A DNA stretch of 64,000 bases, from NCBI RefSeq assembly GCF_009914755.1, contig NC_060937.1; one strand, given 5' to 3'. Origin of the DNA: the human T2T-CHM13v2.0 reference genome, Homo sapiens. The notes beneath the pieces were generated by a model. The model did not search any database, was not told the origin of the DNA, and saw nothing but the letters and a program-made list of their open reading frames with translations. A program made the translations under genes and the position numbers. Shown here one piece after another: positions 62,867-64,000 of the stretch (within the stretch, counting starts at the first letter, position 1; each line of letters starts with the position of its first letter).

Positions 62867-62990
62867 GCTGAGTGTGGTGGCATACACCTTTAGCACCAGC
62901 TACTCAGGAGACCAAGATGGGAGGATCCGTTGAGCCCATGAGTTCAAGTCCAGCCTGGGCAACATAATGAGGCCCTGTCTCTTAAAAAAA
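62867..62990 (+). mobile_element. FLAM-like Alu monomer
   Basis: Single arm ending GGCAACATAATGAGGCCCTGTCTCTTAAAAAAA; TSD-like ATTGACCAG on both sides. Confidence 0.8.
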
Positions 62991-63160
62991 TTGACCAGAA
63001 TTAATTGTTTACTCAGTTAATGGGCTAGCTCAATGAAACTCTGGAACTAGAAACCATATTTAGAGAGCCTATAGAGCCTGCATTATGTTATCTGTAATCT
63101 CTTCTGTGTTACCAATTCTTTATTCTTGGAGATAGATTTGCTGATTAGAGACATCTAAGG

Positions 63161-63381
63161 CAAGCTTGTCCAACCCACAGCCCACAGGCCACATGCAGCC
63201 CAGGATGGCTTTGAATGCAACCCAACACAAATTTGTAAACTTTCTTAAACATTATGAAATTTTTTTGAGTTTTTTGTTTTGTTTTGTTTTTAGCTCATCA
63301 GCTACATTAGTGTATTTTATGTGTGGCCCAAAATAATTCTTCCAGTGTGGCCCAGGGAAGCCAAAAGATTGGACACCTCTG
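63161..63381 (-). mobile_element. MER30 (hAT-Charlie)
   Basis: CAAGCTTGTCCAACCC...CCAAAAGATTGGACACCTCTG; reverse-complement homolog of 60428-60633. Confidence 0.8.
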
Positions 63382-64000
63382 CAGTCACTCAGTTTCAACT
63401 CTGCAAACTAAAATGGATGATGAAATTGGATACTCTGCATTTCATTTATCTGTCAGATATTTATTGAGCATTTTTTCAAACTATGCATTACTGTCTGACA
63501 GTATTTGCTGAAAGCTTAGGCTATGGTACTGCTAAATTTTAGTCATTTAAAACTGTATTACCACATCTATCAGATAATGTAAAAAATTTTGTTGAATCAG
63601 TAATTAAAATTTCTGGTATTTCTATTATTTATGGGTAGCAATTCAAGTTAGATTTGAAATCCAAAGAACTTCCAAAGATGGGCAGTGGAATCATCATTAC
63701 AAAGAGACTTTTTTTCTTTCTATTAAATATTTCTGGAATGGCTTCTATGTGACAGGGCACTATACTAGTCATCAGGGAATATGATGATGCACATAATACA
63801 TCATCATTCCTGTTCTCTTGGAGTTTACAGTCTAGTTGACATACATGAAATGTATATAATGACTTAAAAAGTATTTAAAATATACCTGTTTTTTACAGCT
63901 CCTCAATGTAGCTGCAGAAAAGATACACATAAATAAGTTAATATGTAATATGGGCCCTCAGTAAAATAGAGGGATGAAAAAAAGATAGGAAAATGAGGGA

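Overview
This is primate, almost certainly human, genomic DNA lying entirely inside the + strand germline gene RNF17 (TDRD4). I reconstructed 16 consecutive GT-AG coding exons (1836-58908). Their splice phases all match, and they join into one stop-free frame of 2490 nt (~830 aa): a helical/coiled-coil segment, a Pro-rich linker, then three extended-Tudor repeats. The start and stop of the gene lie outside the window. An in-frame alternative terminal exon (8003-8112) would give a Tudor-less short isoform. The introns are mostly transposon sequence: a full-length antisense L1PA3-type element with an open ORF0, a near-full-length sense L1PB, old L1M elements with many nested insertions, about 30 Alus including a very young AluYa5, MaLR/ERV LTRs and DNA transposon fossils. 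I found no convincing new biological system. The best leads are the short-isoform exon, an L1 antisense promoter pointing into the Tudor exons, one target site reused by three retrotranspositions, and several template-switch scars. Exon coordinates were counted by hand and checked by phase. Repeat boundaries are approximate, and subfamily names come from recalled consensus sequences, not from a search.
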